Part shown: in pieces, positions 62,925-64,000 of the stretch | Position numbering within the stretch: the stretch's first letter is position 1 | Layout: each line of letters begins with the position of its first letter | Source: Thermoplasmatota archaeon | GTDB taxonomy: Archaea > Thermoplasmatota > E2 > JACPAO01 > JAHFTW01 | Length of the DNA stretch: 64,000 bases | Direction of reading: 5' to 3' | Assembly (NCBI GenBank): GCA_035526765.1 | Contig: DATLBS010000016.1 | Coordinates: forward strand, 8,681 to 72,680 | The notes under the pieces: generated by a model | What the model was told of the DNA's origin: nothing | Databases searched by the model: none | The model's input: the letters and a program-made list of their open reading frames with translations, nothing else | Position numbers and translations under genes: made by a program

Positions 62925-64000
62925 TCAGTGGGCCCGCAGGGCGGAGGCCGAGCCCGGCCATGGCGCATCGTAGGCGGCATCCAGGTCGAACACGAGGAGG
63001 GCCCCCTTGCGGGAGCCGTCCAGGGGCTCGACGGGGAAGACCAACTGCATCTTGCCGTCATGCCGCAGCTCGTGCAGCACGGGCCCGCGGCTCATCTTCC
63101 AGTCCTCCAGGGGCAGGAACGCCTCGGCGGAGCCGGTGGCGGCGGAGAGCCGCCAGATGCCGTCGTAGCCGCCGCCGGGGCCGTTGGCGAGGATGGAGTA
63201 GGAGCCGTCGCCGTCCAGGTCCACGACCGCGATGTCCCGGTTGCTCCACCAGGCGTCGATCTCGCGCACCCAGACGTCGTTGCCGGCGTCGTCGAGGCGG
63301 AAGGCGTGCGCCGGGCCCAGCCGCTCCCAGTTGCCGGGGCGGTGGCCGATCGTGTTCCAGTCCATCCCGAAGATGTCCATGCGGCCGTCGCCGTCCACGT
63401 CGACGACCGCCAGCTGGGTGTAGCTCAGCGGGTTCGCCCACTGGGGCTGGCGCATCCACACCAGCTCGCCCTGGCCGCCCGCGCCGCCATGGATGGCGAA
63501 GACCGCCATGTGGTCGTTGGCGAAGGTATCCGGTTGCCCCGGTGGCGCGTACCGCGCCACGTAGAGGATCTCCTTCTGGCCCTGGCCGTCGAGGTCCGCC
63601 ACGGTGACCTGGGTGGGGATGGCGGCCGGCGTGATCCCGGCGGAGCGCGAGTCGTACGTCCACCGGGTCGCGCCAGTCTTGGCATCGAGCACGGCGACGA
63701 CGCCGTTGTCGCCGGCCACGATGGCCTCGGCATGCCCGTCGCCGTCCAGGTCGGCCACGGCGGGGGCCCCGTTGCCTCCTGTCCAGCACTGCTTCCACTG
63801 CGTGGCGCCGTCGGCGCGCAGGCCGAAGGAGCCGCCGTCCTCCGTCTGCACGATGATGAGCTTCTCGCCGCCGCCGACGTCGGCGATGGAGGCCTTGGCG
63901 TCCATGCCGGGGCTGCGCACGCATTCCGTCATGCGGCGCTCGAAGGTCTTCGTGAACTCGAAGTGGTCCTCCGTGCTCTTGGCGGCGTCGTAGCGCCACG
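62925..64000 (-). CDS. paralogous FG-GAP-repeat protein; the 5' part extends beyond the window end and it lacks the C-terminal modules
   Basis: The frame stays open to the window edge (…HFEFTKTFERRMTECVRSPG…) and parallels the HFSFVKEWERRLSDCYSNPG region of 60411..62570. Contains ADLDGDGHAEAIV, VDVDGDGRMDIF and VDLDGDGSYSIL. Confidence 0.7.
   Translation of the reverse strand, partial: WRYDAAKSTEDHFEFTKTFERRMTECVRSPGMDAKASIADVGGGEKLIIVQTEDGGSFGLRADGATQWKQCWTGGNGAPAVADLDGDGHAEAIVAGDNGVVAVLDAKTGATRWTYDSRSAGITPAAIPTQVTVADLDGQGQKEILYVARYAPPGQPDTFANDHMAVFAIHGGAGGQGELVWMRQPQWANPLSYTQLAVVDVDGDGRMDIFGMDWNTIGHRPGNWERLGPAHAFRLDDAGNDVWVREIDAWWSNRDIAVVDLDGDGSYSILANGPGGGYDGIWRLSAATGSAEAFLPLEDWKMSRGPVLHELRHDGKMQLVFPVEPLDGSRKGALLVFDLDAAYDAPWPGSASALRAH

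Noticed and set aside
1-64000. CRISPR arrays, integrase/transposase genes, and toxin-antitoxin or other defence modules
   Set aside because: No regularly spaced short direct repeats and no recombinase, transposase, Cas or restriction-modification signatures were seen in any frame.

Overview
This 64-kb window is high-GC (about 68%) and clearly archaeal. It carries rpoL, the exosome subunit csl4, truD, an aIF2-beta, TBP, the archaeal class I CCA-adding enzyme, adjacent kae1 and bud32, uS15, and the conserved adkA-DUF106-cmk-cbf5 cluster. The proteins are not acid-shifted, so the host is probably a non-halophilic, high-GC planktonic-type archaeon; Thermoplasmatota/MGII-like is an inference only. 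Coding density is high, with about 60 CDS, one tRNA-Ser(GGA), and no CRISPR, integrase or transposase. Because of the GC content almost every real gene is shadowed by a long antisense ORF; these were rejected. Findings that stand out: (1) A secreted-protein island (about 53.9-64 kb) holds a subtilase, a clan GH-A-like glycoside hydrolase and an FG-GAP beta-propeller protein. Each ends in two tandem copies of the same roughly 90-aa C-terminal module (NxWWVE ... VNGG ... WGTWA), reached through Thr/Ser- or Pro-rich linkers. (2) Ester-lipid-type enzymes sit in an archaeon: two PlsC-like acyltransferases, a LipA-like class-2 lipase, and a PAP2 membrane phosphatase. Two of them carry Lys/Ala-rich (AKATAR-like) N-terminal tails, echoed by a stand-alone basic RKVAR-repeat protein. 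(3) A PAS domain is fused to a MenA/UbiA-family prenyltransferase, followed by a small Cys-rich secreted peptide. (4) aIF2-beta is fused to a C-terminal TRAM domain. (5) An intergenic repeat of about 90-110 bp is present in at least 4 copies. (6) Recurrent promoter-proximal arrays of CACAGAA/TTCTGTG and CACGGAA/TTCCGTG direct-plus-inverted repeats. (7) Short duplications of the 3' ends of rps15 and of tRNA-Ser. Coordinates taken from reading sequence lines may be off by 1-2 nt; CDS coordinates follow the ORF-track arithmetic.
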